From Malacoraja senta (lineage: Eukaryota), in contig CM075991.1 in NCBI GenBank assembly GCA_038087875.1, forward strand, positions 3,596,001-3,660,000: DNA of 64,000 nucleotides, written 5' to 3'. The notes below the pieces were generated by a model. The model made no database searches and was not told where the DNA came from. It saw only the letters and a program-made list of their open reading frames with translations. The stretch's first letter is position 1. Each line of letters opens with the position of its first letter. Made by a program: the position numbers and the translations under genes. This document shows, one piece after another, positions 25,412-37,828 of the stretch.

Positions 25412-26104
25412 CTGGAGAGACAACAGCAGTGACTGGAGACATTACAACACAGAGCACGAACATTCACCCCACAATATCTGTGCTGACCATCCTGCCAAAA
25501 CCAACTCTTACCAGCCTGCACTTAACCCATATCCCTCCATTCCCTGCATATCCATGTGCCTATCCAAAAGTAAACATCACTATCGTATCTGCCACCACCA
25601 CCACCACCCTGACAGTGCACTATATGGTCATAAGATCATAAGTGATAGGAGTAGAATTAGGCCATTCGGCCCATCAAGGCTACTTCGCCATTCTATTATG
25701 GCTGATCCATCTCTCCCCCCATTCTCCTGCCTTCTCCCCATAACTTCTTTTTTGTGAAATTATTTTTTATTGGAGGTAGATACATATCATATTAAAATCA
25801 ATACCAGTCTTACATTTTTATATTACTAATATCGTCCATTATTATTACAATGTCTCCAATACTTTTTTAAAATTAAAAAAAAAAAACTAAATAGAACTAA
25901 AAAGATATAGATGAAATAAAGAAAGAAAGAGAAAAAAGAAGAAACAAAAAAAAAACAAAAAAAAACAATAACAAAAAAAAAAAAAAAAAAAAAAAAAAAA
26001 GATAATAAAAGAATGGAATAATTTACTACGATAAAAAACTTCATTCGAGATATATTCGTACATTTCAGAGTATAACCTTTCATCTATTCCTTGGCACGGG
26101 TGTT

Positions 26105-26960
26105 AGTCAAGAATCTATCTATCTCTGCCTTTAAAAATATCCACTGACTTGGCCTCTACAGCCTTCTGTGGCAAAGAATTCCACAGATTCGCCACCCTCT
26201 GACTAAAGAAATGTTTCCTCATCTCCTTCCGAAAAGAACGTCTTTTAATTCTGAGGCTGTGACCTCTAGTCCTAGACTCTCCCACTGGTGGAAACATCCT
26301 CTCCACATCCACTCTATCCAGGCCTTTCACTATTCTGTATGTTTCAATGAGATCCCCCCTCAACCTTCTAAACTCCAGCGAGTACAGGCCCAGTGCCGAC
26401 AAACGCTCATCATAGGTTAACCTATGCTTCTTCCCCACAGCCATCAGGCTATTAAACTTGCCATCAACAATCTCTGAACTATAACAGCCTATTGCACTTT
26501 ATCTATATATTTATGTGTATATATATGGTCTATGGTATATAGACACACTGAACTGTTCGGTATTTATGCTTACTATGTTCAAGAAGGAACTGCAGATGCT
26601 GGAAAATAGAAGGTAGACAAAAATGCTGGAGAAACTCAGCGGGTGCGGCAGCATCTATGGAGCGAAGGAAATAGGCAACGTTTCGGGCCGAAACCCTTCT
26701 TCAGACTGATACCTTTTATGCTTACTATGTTCTGTGTGCTGAAGCAAAGCAAGAATTTCATTTTTCCTATTTGGGACACATGACAATAAACTCTCTTGAC
26801 TTGACTTGACTTGAACCTACTCGTTCCTGGGATCATTCTTGTAAACCTCCTCTGGACCCTCTCCAGAGCCTCTCCACATCCTTCCTCAGACATGGTGTCC
26901 AAAATTGCTCATAATATTCCAAATGCTGCCTGACCAGCGCCTTATACTGTAGAGCCTCAC
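26105..26960 (-). mobile_element. CR1 fragment split by a Rex-like tail and a PLE repeat
   Basis: LTYDERLSALGLYSLEFRRLRGDLIETY and EALERVQRRFTRMIPG. Confidence 0.85.
26677..26704 (-). ncRNA. minimal hammerhead-ribozyme-like core (PLE repeat)
   Basis: CTGAAGA-A-GGGT[TTCG]GCCC-GAAAC-GTT. Confidence 0.55.
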
Positions 26961-27724
26961 ATTCCAGGCACCCATCATCCTCTTTGGAAAAAAAACTTGC
27001 TCTGCACATCTCCTTTACACTTTGCCCCTCTCACCTTATAGCTCTTCCCTCTAGTATTTAATTTTGTCCACCATGGGAAACAGATTTCAACAGTCTACGC
27101 CTCTCGTAATTTTCTATACTTCTATTTGGTCTCTCCACAACCTCCGGCATTCCAGAGAAAACATTTCGCGTCTGTCCAACCTCTCCCCGTAACCAATATC
27201 TTCTAATCCAGGCATCAATCTGTTACACCTCCTCCACTCCCTTTCCAAAGCATCCATATTCGTCCTGTAATCGGGCGACCAAAACTGCAGTTAATACTCA
27301 TAGAGATATAGCTGCAGGAGAAGGCCATTCGAGCCAGCCCCACCATTCAATATGATCATGGTTGATCATCCACAATTAGTACCTCGTTCCTGCTCTCTCC
27401 CCATATCCCTTGATTCCGTTAGCCCAAAGAGCTAAATCAGACTCCATCCAGTGAATTGGCCTCCACTGCCTTCTGTGGCAGAGAATTCCACAGATTCACA
27501 ACTCTCTGGGTGAAAAAGCTTCACTCCAAATGCAACCAAACCAAAGGTCTATGTCTTGCTGCATTAAAATGTGCAAGACATGAGCGACATTGGCCAAACC
27601 ATGAGGGTTAACCCAGAGCACCAGTGATTGAATGTTGTTACTATCTCCTAAGTTTGCTACCAGCTGATTCTGCTGAATTTTATACTTCTAAGAGTGGGTT
27701 TTAGGTTAATTAAGCTCCACATCT

Positions 27725-28275
27725 TGACCTACGCGATCTCCCGGTTGCCAAACACATTAACTCCCTTCCCATTCCCACACTACTGACCTTTCTGTCCCTG
27801 GGCCTCCTCCATTGTCAGAGTGAGGCCCAGTGCAAAAATGAAGGAACAGCACCTCATATTTCGCTTGGGCAGCTTACACCCCAGCAGTATGAACATTGAC
27901 GTCTCCACCTTCAAGTAACCGTTGCATCACCTCTCTCTCCGCCACCCTAGTCCTTGTACAAGTTTCACTGTCATCCTGCAGTTTCCCTGTCTGTATAACT
28001 CATTCTCATCTTCCCCAAAGCCAACAATGGAGCATTGTGGTCTCCGCCTTTCCTTGATTATCGTCGCTGGCTTTTTGCATATCTTTCATTAATATGTTCG
28101 ACGTACCTTTTCATATCTCTCGGTTACCTCTCCACTGAATCTCAGTCTGAAGAAGGGTCTCGACCCGAAACGTCACCTATTCCTTTTCTCCAGAGATTCT
28201 GCCTGACCCGCTGAGTTACTCCAGATTTTAGTGTCTATCTTTGGTGTAATTAAACCAGCATCTGCAGTTCCTTAC
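27725..28275 (+). mobile_element. degenerate PLE 3' fragment (GIY-YIG C-terminus plus terminal repeat)
   Basis: Similar to the reverse complement of the 47073-47500 region, with frameshifts. Confidence 0.8.
28147..28174 (+). ncRNA. minimal hammerhead-ribozyme-like core (PLE repeat)
   Basis: CTGAAGA-A-GGGT[CTCG]ACCC-GAAAC-GTC. Confidence 0.55.
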
Positions 28276-28559
28276 CCCTCATAAGACTTTATTCCTTGGA
28301 TAGAAGGAGGCTGAGGAACAAACTTGTACACGCGCATAGAATCACGAGGTGAGTATTTAGGGCGAATGAACATTGCCTTTTACCCAGTGTTGGGGAACAT
28401 GGGTTTAAGGTGAGAGGGGGAAGACTTAATAGGAACCTGAGGGGCAGCTTTTTCCACTCAGAGGGTGGTAGATGTATGGAACGAGCTGCCGGAGGAAACT
28501 GGAAAGTGCACACCCTCTGAGTGAAAAGGTTTCCCCTCAGGTTCATATTAATGGGAGGC

Positions 28560-28838
28560 ATGTACAGCGGTAGAGTTGCTGCCTTACAGCCCTTGCAGCG
28601 TCGGAGACCCGGGTTCGATCCCGACTACGGGTGCTGTCTGTACGGAGTTTGTACGTTCTCCCCGTGACCTGCGTGGGGTTTCTCCCACACTCCAAAGACA
28701 TACAGGTTTGTAGGTTAGTTGGCTTGGTATATTTGTAAATTGTCCCTAGTGTGTGTAGGATAGTGCTGGTCGGTTCGGTCTCGGTGGGCCGAAGGGCCTG
28801 TTTCCGCGCTGTATCTCTGAAGCTAAAACTAAACTAAA
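28560..28838 (+). mobile_element. V-SINE (HE1-like), near full length
   Basis: tRNA-like head (cagcggtagag..ggttcgatccc), V-domain and (CTAAA)n tail. Confidence 0.88.
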
Positions 28839-29394
28839 ACCGGTCAGGAAGATAAACTTGGGAGCGTCGGTGGAGAGCCGAGGTGACATCAGCTGTTTCA
28901 GTGATAGGCCACAGTTCACAGTCTGAGTCACGCACCAGCCCCTTAGATCCAGTCAACAGTGTTGTCATGCTGTAACGCTGTAACACGAGCGCGTTTGGAA
29001 ACAAATGGGTCATTCGCTGTCAATTATTTGTTACGTATATTTGGCAACAGGATATGGATCTGTGTGATGAAACTGGCTCAGGTACAGGTGTGAGAGTCAA
29101 AGGTCAACTCCCCTCACCTGTATCCACCTATTACCTGCAGTCATCGAGTGATACAGTGTGGAAACAGGCCCTTCGGCCCAACTTGACCCACATCGACCAA
29201 CTTGACGCAGCTACACTGGTCAACTGGTGTTTACGTGTCAACATTACCTGCCCCTCCTCTCTTACAGCTGGGGGGGGGGAGGGTGAGTGGGTATGGGGGT
29301 GAATCTAGGTTAGCCACAGGGAAGGGAGGTGTTAAAGCAGCAGGAGAAAAGTGGTGGGGAAGGTTTGTTTGTAAGTGAGTTGCCTAAAATTTCC

Positions 29395-29940
29395 TGTGTG
29401 TGTCTGTGTGTGTGTCTGATCGTCTGTGTATGTCAGCGTGTGTATGTATGTCTTTGTCTGTGTGTGCATCTTTGTGTGTATCTGTGTCTGTATGTCTGTC
29501 TGTGTCCCTCTGTGTGTGCCTGTGTGTGTGTGTGTGCATGTCTGTGCATGTCTGTGCATGTCTGTGTGCCTATAAGTGCGCGTGTCTATGCGTGTGTGTC
29601 TATGTGTGAGTACATGTCTGTGTGTGTGTGTCTATGCGTGTCAATGTGTGTCTGTGTGTGTGTACGTGTCTGTGTGTGCGTGTGTGTGTGCATGTATACA
29701 TGTCTGTGTGTGTACGTGTGTGCGTGTCTGTGTGCGTATCTTCATGTCTGTGTGTGAGTACGTGTGTGTGTGTGTGCGTGTATACATGTCTGTGTGTGTA
29801 CGTGTGTGTGCGTGTCTGTGTGTACGTGTCCATGCGTGTCTACATGTCTGATTGCGTGTGTACATGTGTGTGTGTGCGTGTCTGTGTGTGCATGAGTGCG
29901 TGTCCACATGCCTGTGTGTGCGTGTGCATGTACTGCACGT
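29395..29940. repeat. degenerate (TG)n microsatellite
   Basis: Direct inspection. Confidence 0.95.
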
Positions 29941-30295
29941 GTAACTAAACATGTACCAAGTGTGCCCGACACAGCCTGGTTTCCCATTGTTTTGGACCGC
30001 GTGCCATTGCGATCAGACCTCTTCTTATCCACACCACGTGTAGGAAACAACTGCAGATGCTGGTTTACACCGAGGATAGACACAAAATGCTGGAGTAACT
30101 CAGCGGGATAGACTGAAGAAGGGTCTCGACCCATTCCTTCTCTCCAGAGATGCTGCCTGTCCCGCTGAGTTACTCCACCACTCGGTGTCTATGAACAACC
30201 CCATTCTATGGCCTGGAGTGGAGTGGAACGAGCTGGAGCTGGAGCCAGAGGCACTGTCTGAGAAGCAACTTCACCAACTAGAGTTAAGGAGGTAC

Positions 30296-30401
30296 CTGAT
30301 GGCACACTTCTTGTAGGTGACTCCGCGAGTACCACAGTTCCCGAATCGGTCACCTTTAGAGTTCACTTCCTGGAAACACTTGTGCGGAGCAGCTTTCGCA
30401 C
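30296..30401 (-). CDS. ADAM9: ADAM9 cysteine-rich domain exon (AKAAPHKCFQEVNSKGDRFGNCGTRGVTYKKCAI)
   Basis: cag|...|gtac, 106 nt, phase 1->2; matches ADAM9 AKAAP..CF.EVNSKGDRFGNCG. Confidence 0.93.
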
Positions 30402-30524
30402 CTGGAAGGATGGAAATAAAATAGAAACAGCTCAAGTCAAGATCCACGGGGACACCAGCTACTGCACGCGCTGGTTTACAAAAGAAAAGATGCAAAAGTG
30501 CTGGAGTAACTCGTGTGAAGGAAC

Positions 30525-30724
30525 NNNNNNNNNNNNNNNNNNNNNNNNNNNNNNNNNNNNNNNNNNNNNNNNNNNNNNNNNNNNNNNNNNNNNNNNNNNN
30601 NNNNNNNNNNNNNNNNNNNNNNNNNNNNNNNNNNNNNNNNNNNNNNNNNNNNNNNNNNNNNNNNNNNNNNNNNNNNNNNNNNNNNNNNNNNNNNNNNNNN
30701 NNNNNNNNNNNNNNNNNNNNNNNN
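30525..30724. other. assembly gap (200 N) separating the HtrA and ADAM9 parts
   Basis: Exactly 200 N, same size as the second gap, so probably a placeholder of unknown true length. Confidence 0.98.
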
Positions 30725-30811
30725 TGTACCTGTCTAAATGTTTCTTAACATTTCTGTTAGTATCTGCCTCAAACATTGTGGTTGGATCTGCCTTAAATAT
30801 TGTGGTTGTAC

Positions 30812-31530
30812 CTAGAGTCATAGAATCATACAGTGTGGAAACAGGCCCTTCGGCCCAACTTGCCCACACCGCCCAACATATCCCAGGTACATGAGACCCA
30901 CCTGCCCGCTTTAGGTCCATATCCTTCCAAACATGTACGATCCATGTACCTGTCTAACTGTTTCTTAAACGTTGGGATAGTCCCTGCCTCAACTACCTCC
31001 TCTGGCAGTTTGTCCCTTACACTCACCACCCTTTGTGTGAAAAGTTACCCCTCAGATTCCTATTAAACCTTTTCCCCTTCACCTTAAACCTATGTCCTCT
31101 GATCCTCGATTCCCCCACTCTGGGCAAGAGATTCTGTGCATCTTCCCGATCTATTCCTTATACACCTCTATAAGATCACCCCTCATCCTCCTGCGCTCCA
31201 AGCAATAGTCCCAGCCTATTCCACCTCTCCCTATAGCTCAGACCCACTAGTACTGGCAACATCCTGGCCAATCGCCTCTGTACCCTCTCCAGCTTGACAA
31301 TATCTTTCCTCTAACACTGTGTCCAGAACTGAACACAATGCTCCAAATGCAGCCTCACCAACATCTTATACAACTGCTACATGACCTCCCAACTTCTATA
31401 CTCAATACTCTGATTGATGAAGGGCACTGTGCCAAAAGCCTTTTTGACCACCCTATCTACCTTCGCCACCTTCAAGTAATCACACACCTGCACTCCTAGA
31501 TCCCTCTGCTCAAGAACACTACCCAGAATC
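30812..31530 (-). mobile_element. CR1 3' fragment
   Basis: EQRDLGVQV..LKVAKVDRVVKKAFG and LPEEVVEAGTIPTFKKQLDRYM. Confidence 0.85.
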
Positions 31531-31537
31531 CTACTTG

Positions 31538-32139
31538 CCTTAAACATTGTGGTAGCACCTACCTTAAACATCGTGGTAGCACCTACCTTAAACATTATGG
31601 TAGCACCTACCTTAAACATTGTGGTAGCACCCAGCTTAAACATTGTGGTAGTGCCTACCTTAAACATTATGGTAGTGCCCACCTTAAACATTGTGGTAGC
31701 ACCTACCTTAAACATTGTGGTAGCACCTACCTTAAACATTGTGGTAGCACCCACCTTAAACATTGTGGTAGTGCCTACCTTAAACATTGTGGTAGCACCT
31801 ACCTTAAACATTGTGGTAGCACCTACCTTAAACATTGTGGTAGCACCCACCTTAAACATTGTGGTAGTGCCTACCTTAACCATTGTGGTAGCACCTACCT
31901 TAAACATTGTGGTAGCACCTACCTTAAACATTGTGGTAGCACCTACCTTAAACATTGTGGTAGCACCCACCTTAAACATTGTGGTAGCACCCACCTTAAA
32001 CATTGTGGTAGCACCTACCTTAAACATTGTGGTAGCACCTACCTTAAACATTGTGGTAGCACCTACCTTAAACATTGTGGTAGCACCTACCTTAAACATT
32101 GTGGTAGCACCTACCTTAAACATTGTGGTAGTGCCTACC
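31538..32139. repeat. 24-bp minisatellite (AAACATTGTGGTAGCACCTACCTT), about 25 units
   Basis: Direct inspection. Confidence 0.97.
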
Positions 32140-32691
32140 AAAACTTCCGAGATAACTGGCAGTGATTTAGCCTTCTTCCAGTTCACGTTCCCTATAGCTC
32201 TAAGGAGCAACGGTTAAGATCTGCTTGACCCGTCTTGACTGAAATTATCCGTGTTAGATTAGGTACAAAATCCAGCAGCTCATTGATATTGTGTAGGAAG
32301 GAACTACAGATGCTGGTTTAACCATAGACACAAATTGCTGCAGTAACTCAGCGGGACAGGCGGCATCTCTGAAGAAACGTTATGGGTGAAGTTTTGAGTC
32401 GAGGCCCTTGTTCAGTCTGAAGAAGTCACCCGTTCCTTCTCTCCAGAGATGCTGCCTGTCCCTCTGAGTTACTCCAGCATTTTGTGTCTATCTTCGGCGT
32501 AAACCAGCATCTGCAGCCCTTTTGTTGGTGCAGGAGGAAGCCAGAAGGCCCGGGGAAAACCCGTGCTGGTATAGTGAGAACGTGCAAACATCTCTCAGAT
32601 AGCACTGGGCGGATTAAACTGGACTGTGAGGCAATGGTTCTACCTGCTGTACCTTAAAGGAAGTCAATGCCAACAGATTCCGGGCAGTTAC

Positions 32692-32746
32692 CTTGGAGTA
32701 AGTGCCACCATCCTTATCCCCATATATCTCTTTCGTGATGTGGTTC
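32692..32746 (-). CDS. HTRA4: HtrA protease exon 7, start of PDZ domain (GTTSRKRYMGIRMVALTP)
   Basis: cag|GA...AG|gtaac, 55 nt, phase 1->2. YMGIRM corresponds to the PDZ carboxylate-binding loop (YIGIRM in HTRA1). Confidence 0.88.
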
Positions 32747-33036
32747 CTGTTGGTTAAAAAAAACCTAGAATTAATTAAATCTTTGCACATGAAGGTTTGT
32801 GTCTGTATTTGGTGTCGGATAATAGTGGCGGAGGTTATACCATCCTGTTTCCCTTCTCAGACCAACATGCCCCATCTACACCAATCCCACCTGCCTGTGT
32901 TTGGCCCATATCCCTCTAAACCTGTCCTATCCACGCACCTGTCTAAATGTTTGCTACCGTTCTGATAGTACCTGCCTTAAACGTTGTGGTAGAACCTGCC
33001 TTCTGCATAGATTCAATTCTGTCACCAACTTCAGTC

Positions 33037-33468
33037 CGACAAAGAATGGGTCGACTGGGCTTGTATTCACTGGAATTTAGATGGATGAGAGGGGATCTTA
33101 CAGAAACATATAAAATTCTTGAGGGATTGGACAGGCTAGATGCAGGAAAACTGTTCCCCATGTTGGGAGAGTCCAGAAACAGGGGTCACAGTTTAAGAAT
33201 AAGGGGTCGGCCATTTAGGACTGAGATGAGGACAAAACTTTTTCACCCAGAGAGTTGTGAATCTGTGGAATTCTCTGCCACAGAAGGCAGTGGAGGCCAA
33301 TTCACTAGATGTACTCAAGAGAGAGTTAGATATGGCTCTGAGGGCTAATGGAATCAAGGGATGTGGGGAGAAAGCAGGAATGGGGTACTGATTTTGGATG
33401 ATCAGCCATGGTCATATTGAATGGCGGTGCTGGCATTCTACTCTTGCACCTATTTTCTATGTTTCTAT
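33037..33468 (+). mobile_element. CR1 3' fragment
   Basis: RLGLYSLEFRWMRGDLTETYKILEGLDRLDAGK. Confidence 0.88.
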
Positions 33469-34452
33469 GACTCCAGGGAGGTTTTGACTGCAGATGGGGT
33501 ATTGCAACCATGCTGGTACTAACGCAAGCTCTGCACAAACACAATTTTCAGCCGGGATCCCTGTTCATTGGCAACATTAGTTCCAAGTCTTCCCCTCTCC
33601 CTAAACTGCAACATCCACCCTTCTCATAGCTGTCTAATACGTTTCTTCCTATAACTATCAGACTATTGAATAATCCTTCCCATAAGATAGGGTGTAGTCC
33701 CGATCTTCCAACCTACCCTGTTGTGGACCCTGCACTTTTTCTCTGTAACTGTCATGCTATAATAGTTTAGTTATGATATTAATATATCTTTCCACAGATA
33801 TTGTGGGCCGAAGAACCTGTTCCTGGACTTAGTTTGGTTTAGTTTCAGTTTAGTTTCGAGATACAGCGCGGAAACAGGCCCTTCGGCCCACCGACCAGCG
33901 ATCCCACACACTATCCTACACACACAGGGGACAATTTACAAATATACCAAGCCAACTAATCTACAAACCTGTACGTCTATGGCTTATGGGAGGTAACCGA
34001 AGATCTCTGAGAAAATCTACATATATCACGAGGAGATTGTATAAACTCCATACAGACAAGCACCCGTAGTCAGGATTGAACCGGGGTATCTTTCACTGTG
34101 AGGCTGCCGTGTTGCCCATTATATTCTGCATTCTGGTATCTTGCTCCCTTCACTGCCTGTTGTACGGGTGTGTGGCTAGATTGTATACGTCTATAAAGTA
34201 AGAAAGAACTGCAGATGCTGGTTAAAATTGAAAGTAGACACAAAATGCTGGAATAACTCAGCGGGTGAGTAACTCCAGCATTTTGTGTCTACTGTATATA
34301 CAGAGTAACTTGATTTGACTGGATAGCATGCAAACAAAAATGTTCGCTGGTACCTCGGTACAGGTGACAACAATAAACCAATACCAATACTCGGCTCTTC
34401 CCACCCTCAGTGCTAGTACGATCAGTAATCCTGTACAAGCTGAGAGTTAAAC

Positions 34453-34668
34453 CAAGGGTTCCCAACCTAGGGTAAATTTACGCCCAGGGGGTAAATTTGT
34501 TGATTCTGGATTTGTACATATTTTTTCTCATTGACTGATTTGTGTTTGGTGCTGGTATACTGTTCATATCTGTTCATCATTAGTTGTTCATAAATAAGTG
34601 TAATAACATTGTAACGTGCTGTTAAAGTTGCCGGGGGTAAACGGGACGAAAAAGGTTGGGAACCCCTG
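34453..34668. mobile_element. hAT (Charlie-like) MITE
   Basis: TIR CA(A/G)GGGTTCCCAACCT; perfect 8-bp TSD agttaaac. Confidence 0.88.
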
Positions 34669-34897
34669 AGTTAAACCCTGGACCTCCCAACAGCATGGAT
34701 TAATGGCTCACAAGTGTCCTGGCACAGGCAGGGTACATGTTTTAGTTTATTGATAGCGTGGATACAGGCCTGTAGACCCGCCAAGTCCACGCCGACCTTC
34801 AGTCTCCCATACACTAGTTCTATCCTGCACACTCGGGACAATTTACAGAAGCCAATTAACCTACAAGCCCGCGCATCTTTTGAGCGGGATTGCATTA

Positions 34898-35216
34898 AGC
34901 CCCTGTCCCACTTTCCCAAGTTACTCACGAACTCTCCCGAGTTTTCCCCTTAATTTGAACTTGGGGAATGTCGGGGAATGTCGATAGCGAGCTCGTAGGA
35001 GTCCGTAGATGTTTCGTAGCGGCTCGTAATGCCAGCCGTAGGAACTCAGGGCATCAGGTAAGTCGGGACGTTTTTTCAAGATGTTGAAAAATGTCCATGT
35101 GTAAACAAAATAGCCCCGAGTACCTACGAACGGCTATTACCGTAATTCTCCGAGTTCGAATCAAGTGGAAAACTCGGGAGAGTTCGTGAGTAACTCGGGA
35201 AAGTGGGACAGGGGCT
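34898..35216. mobile_element. PIF/Harbinger-type MITE
   Basis: AGCCCCTGTCCCACTTTCCC TIRs; TTA TSD on both sides. Confidence 0.88.
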
Positions 35217-35410
35217 TTAAAGCGGATGTGGCACTTCAAAGAGCATCAGCAGAAACACACAAAAGCAGGAGGTCTTTCAGAATCAAAACCAGCGGACGTT
35301 CCCCCCATCACCAAGCAGTGCCCTTGGATTCACACTGAGACGGACAGCGGGTGGTGAGTGGTGAAACCATCCAGCAGCCGGTTACAAACAGTTAACTTTG
35401 TGCCTCGTAC

Positions 35411-35525
35411 CTTTCAGCTGACGATCGTGGGACTCGGCGAGGAACTGCTGAATCCTGTTTGCGGGAATGGCGAAGGATATGCCAGCGGTCACCTTGAGAG
35501 TGTTGATACCGATAACCTCCCCATC
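35411..35525 (-). CDS. HTRA4: HtrA protease exon 6 ([38 protein letters not shown])
   Basis: cag|GAT...AAA G|gtac, 115 nt, phase 0->1. Confidence 0.95.
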
Positions 35526-35574
35526 CTGTAGGACGCAATAGTACAGAACAGGACACTTTTGTTTTTATATGGTT

Positions 35575-37575
35575 TAGCTTTAGTTGATTGTCATATGTAC
35601 CGAGGTACAGTGGAAAGTGCTAACTAGGCGGCGGAGAGACAATACATGATTACAATTGAGCCGTCCACAGTGTACAGATACACGATAAAGGGAATAACGT
35701 TAATAATGTTTAGTCCAAGATAAAATCCAGTAAAGTCTGATTAAAGATCGTCTGAGCGTCTCCAATGTGATAGATGGTAGTTCAGGACTGCTCTCTAGTT
35801 GTGGTAGGGTGATTCAGTTGCCTGGTAACAGCTGGGAAGAAACTGTCCCTGAATCTGGAGGTGTGCGTTTTCACACTTCTGTATCTTTTGCCCGATAGGA
35901 GAGGGGAGAAGAGGGAGTGACCAGGGTTGCGACTCGTCCTTGATTATGCTGCTGGCCTTGCCGAGGCAGCGCGCGGTGAAAATGCCGTCAATGGAAGGGA
36001 GGTTGGTTTGTGTGACGCTCTGGGCTGTGTCCACAATTCGCTGCGATTTCTTGCGGTCTTGGATGGAGCTGTTCCCAAACCAAGCTGTGATGCGTCCGGA
36101 TAAAATACTTTCTATGGCGCATCTGTAGAAGTTGGTGAGAGTTGTAGGGGACATGCCGAACTTCCTAAGGAAGTAGAGGTGTTGGTGTGCTTTCTTGGTC
36201 GCTGCTTCAATATGGATGGTCCAGGAGAAGAGGTTGGTGATATTCACTCCCAGGAATTTGAAGTTTTCATGCATCTCTACTTCGGCACCGTCATTGCAAA
36301 CTGCTTTGCTTCCTGAAGTCAACCACTATCTCCTTTGTCTTGCTGACATTGAGAGAAAGGTTTAAGAAAGAACTACAGATGCTGGAAAAACCAAAGGTAG
36401 ACAAAAATGCTGGAGAAACTCAGCGGGCGAGGCAGCATCTATGGAGCGAAGGAATAGGCGAAGGAATACACAGTACTGTCTCCGCCTCTTCCTTTCTTTT
36501 TCCAGCCCCACCCCCCACATCAGTCTGAAGAAGGGTCTCGACCTGAAACGTCACCTATCCCTTCGCTCCATAGATGCTGCCTCACCCACTGAGTTTCTCC
36601 AGCATTTTGGTCTACCTTTGAGAGAACGATTGTTGTCTCGACACTAGGACACGAGGTTCTCAATCTCCTTCCTGTACTCCGTCTCATCATTATTTGATAT
36701 CCGGCCCACAATGGTGGTGTTGTCCGCGAATTTGAAAATTGAATTAGATTTGTACATGGCTGTACAGACGTGGGTGTACAAGGAGTAAAGAAGGGGCATA
36801 GAACGCAGCCTTGTGGATCACCAGTGTTGAGGATTATCGTGGAGGACGATTTGTCCCCTCTCCTCACAGATTGGGGTTTGTTGGTCAGGAAGTCGAGGAT
36901 CCAGTTGCAGAGGTGAGTGCTGACACCAAGTCCTGCTAGTTTGGTGATGAGCTTGGATGGTATAAAGGTATTAAATGCAGAGCTGTTGTCTATGAATAGG
37001 AGTCTGATGTAGGTATCTCTCTTATCCAGGTGTTTCAGGGATGAGTATAAGGCCAGGGCGATGGCATCGTCCGTGGACCTGTTGTGGCCGTAGGTGAACT
37101 GTAGTGGGTCATGGCCGCTGGGTAGACTGGATTTAATGCGTTCCATCACTAGCCTCTCAAAACATTTCATGATGGTGGTTGTCAGGGCCACTGGACGTTG
37201 GTCGTTTAGGCATGAGATCTTGCTTTTCTTTGGCACTGGGATGACGATGGTCTTTTGGAAGCAGGTGGGTACCTCAGAACGGAGTAGGAAGATTAAAGAT
37301 GTCCGTGAATACTCCCGCTAGCTGGTCCGCACAGCGACCAAGGACATTGAAGACTGGAACTCCGTCTGGGCCAGCTGCTTTTTGTGGGTTTACCTTCAGG
37401 AAGGCTGGACTAACCTCTGCCACAGTCACCCTGGGGAGAGGCGCACTGGTGTCTGAAGGGCCAGGTGTCACAGCCCTGTTGGCCTTCTGCTTGAAGCAAG
37501 CATAGAAGGCATTCAGTTCATCGGGTAAGGCCGCATTATCACCAATGGTGTTGCCTGGACTTTCTTTAGACCCGC
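35575..37575 (-). mobile_element. Rex1/Babar-type LINE, degenerate RT region to 3' end, interrupted by a PLE palindrome (about 36361-36618)
   Basis: [84 protein letters not shown]; frameshifted. Confidence 0.9.
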
Positions 37576-37795
37576 TGAAGATAGGTACATGGATAGGACA
37601 GGTTTGGAGAGATATGGGCCAAATGCAGGACTGGTGTAGATGGGGCATGAAGGTCAGTGTGGGCAAGTCGGGCTGAAGGGCCAGTTTCCACACAGTATGA
37701 CTATGATTAATCTAAAAAGGCTACAATGGTTCTTCAAAACGTAGTAAACCAACCAGCTATGTGCAAACTTGAATACACATTGAAAGGGAACTCAC

Positions 37796-37828
37796 CAGAT
37801 TGACCAGTGGTCCTCCTGAGTTTCCGTA
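37796..37828 (-). CDS. HTRA4: HtrA protease exon 5 (YGNSGGPLVNL), catalytic Ser
   Basis: 33-nt exon, cag|TAC...CTG|gtgag; GNSGG motif. Confidence 0.95.

Noticed and set aside
25826..26083. Phe-rich membrane-protein-like ORF
   Set aside because: Translation of an A-rich low-complexity tract, possibly low-quality sequence.
29329..29952. Cys/Val- or His/Thr-rich ORFs
   Set aside because: Translations of a degenerate (TG)n microsatellite.
32130..32200. Possible HtrA exon 8 (AIGNVNWKKAKSLPVISEVL, phase-compatible acceptor)
   Set aside because: No similarity to the expected PDZ exon (ELK...FPDV..G.Y...V).
31377..32217. 277-aa and 222-aa repetitive ORFs (KVGATTMF / VAPTLNIV)
   Set aside because: They arise from a stop-free 24-bp minisatellite fused to CR1 remnants; no splice or homology support.
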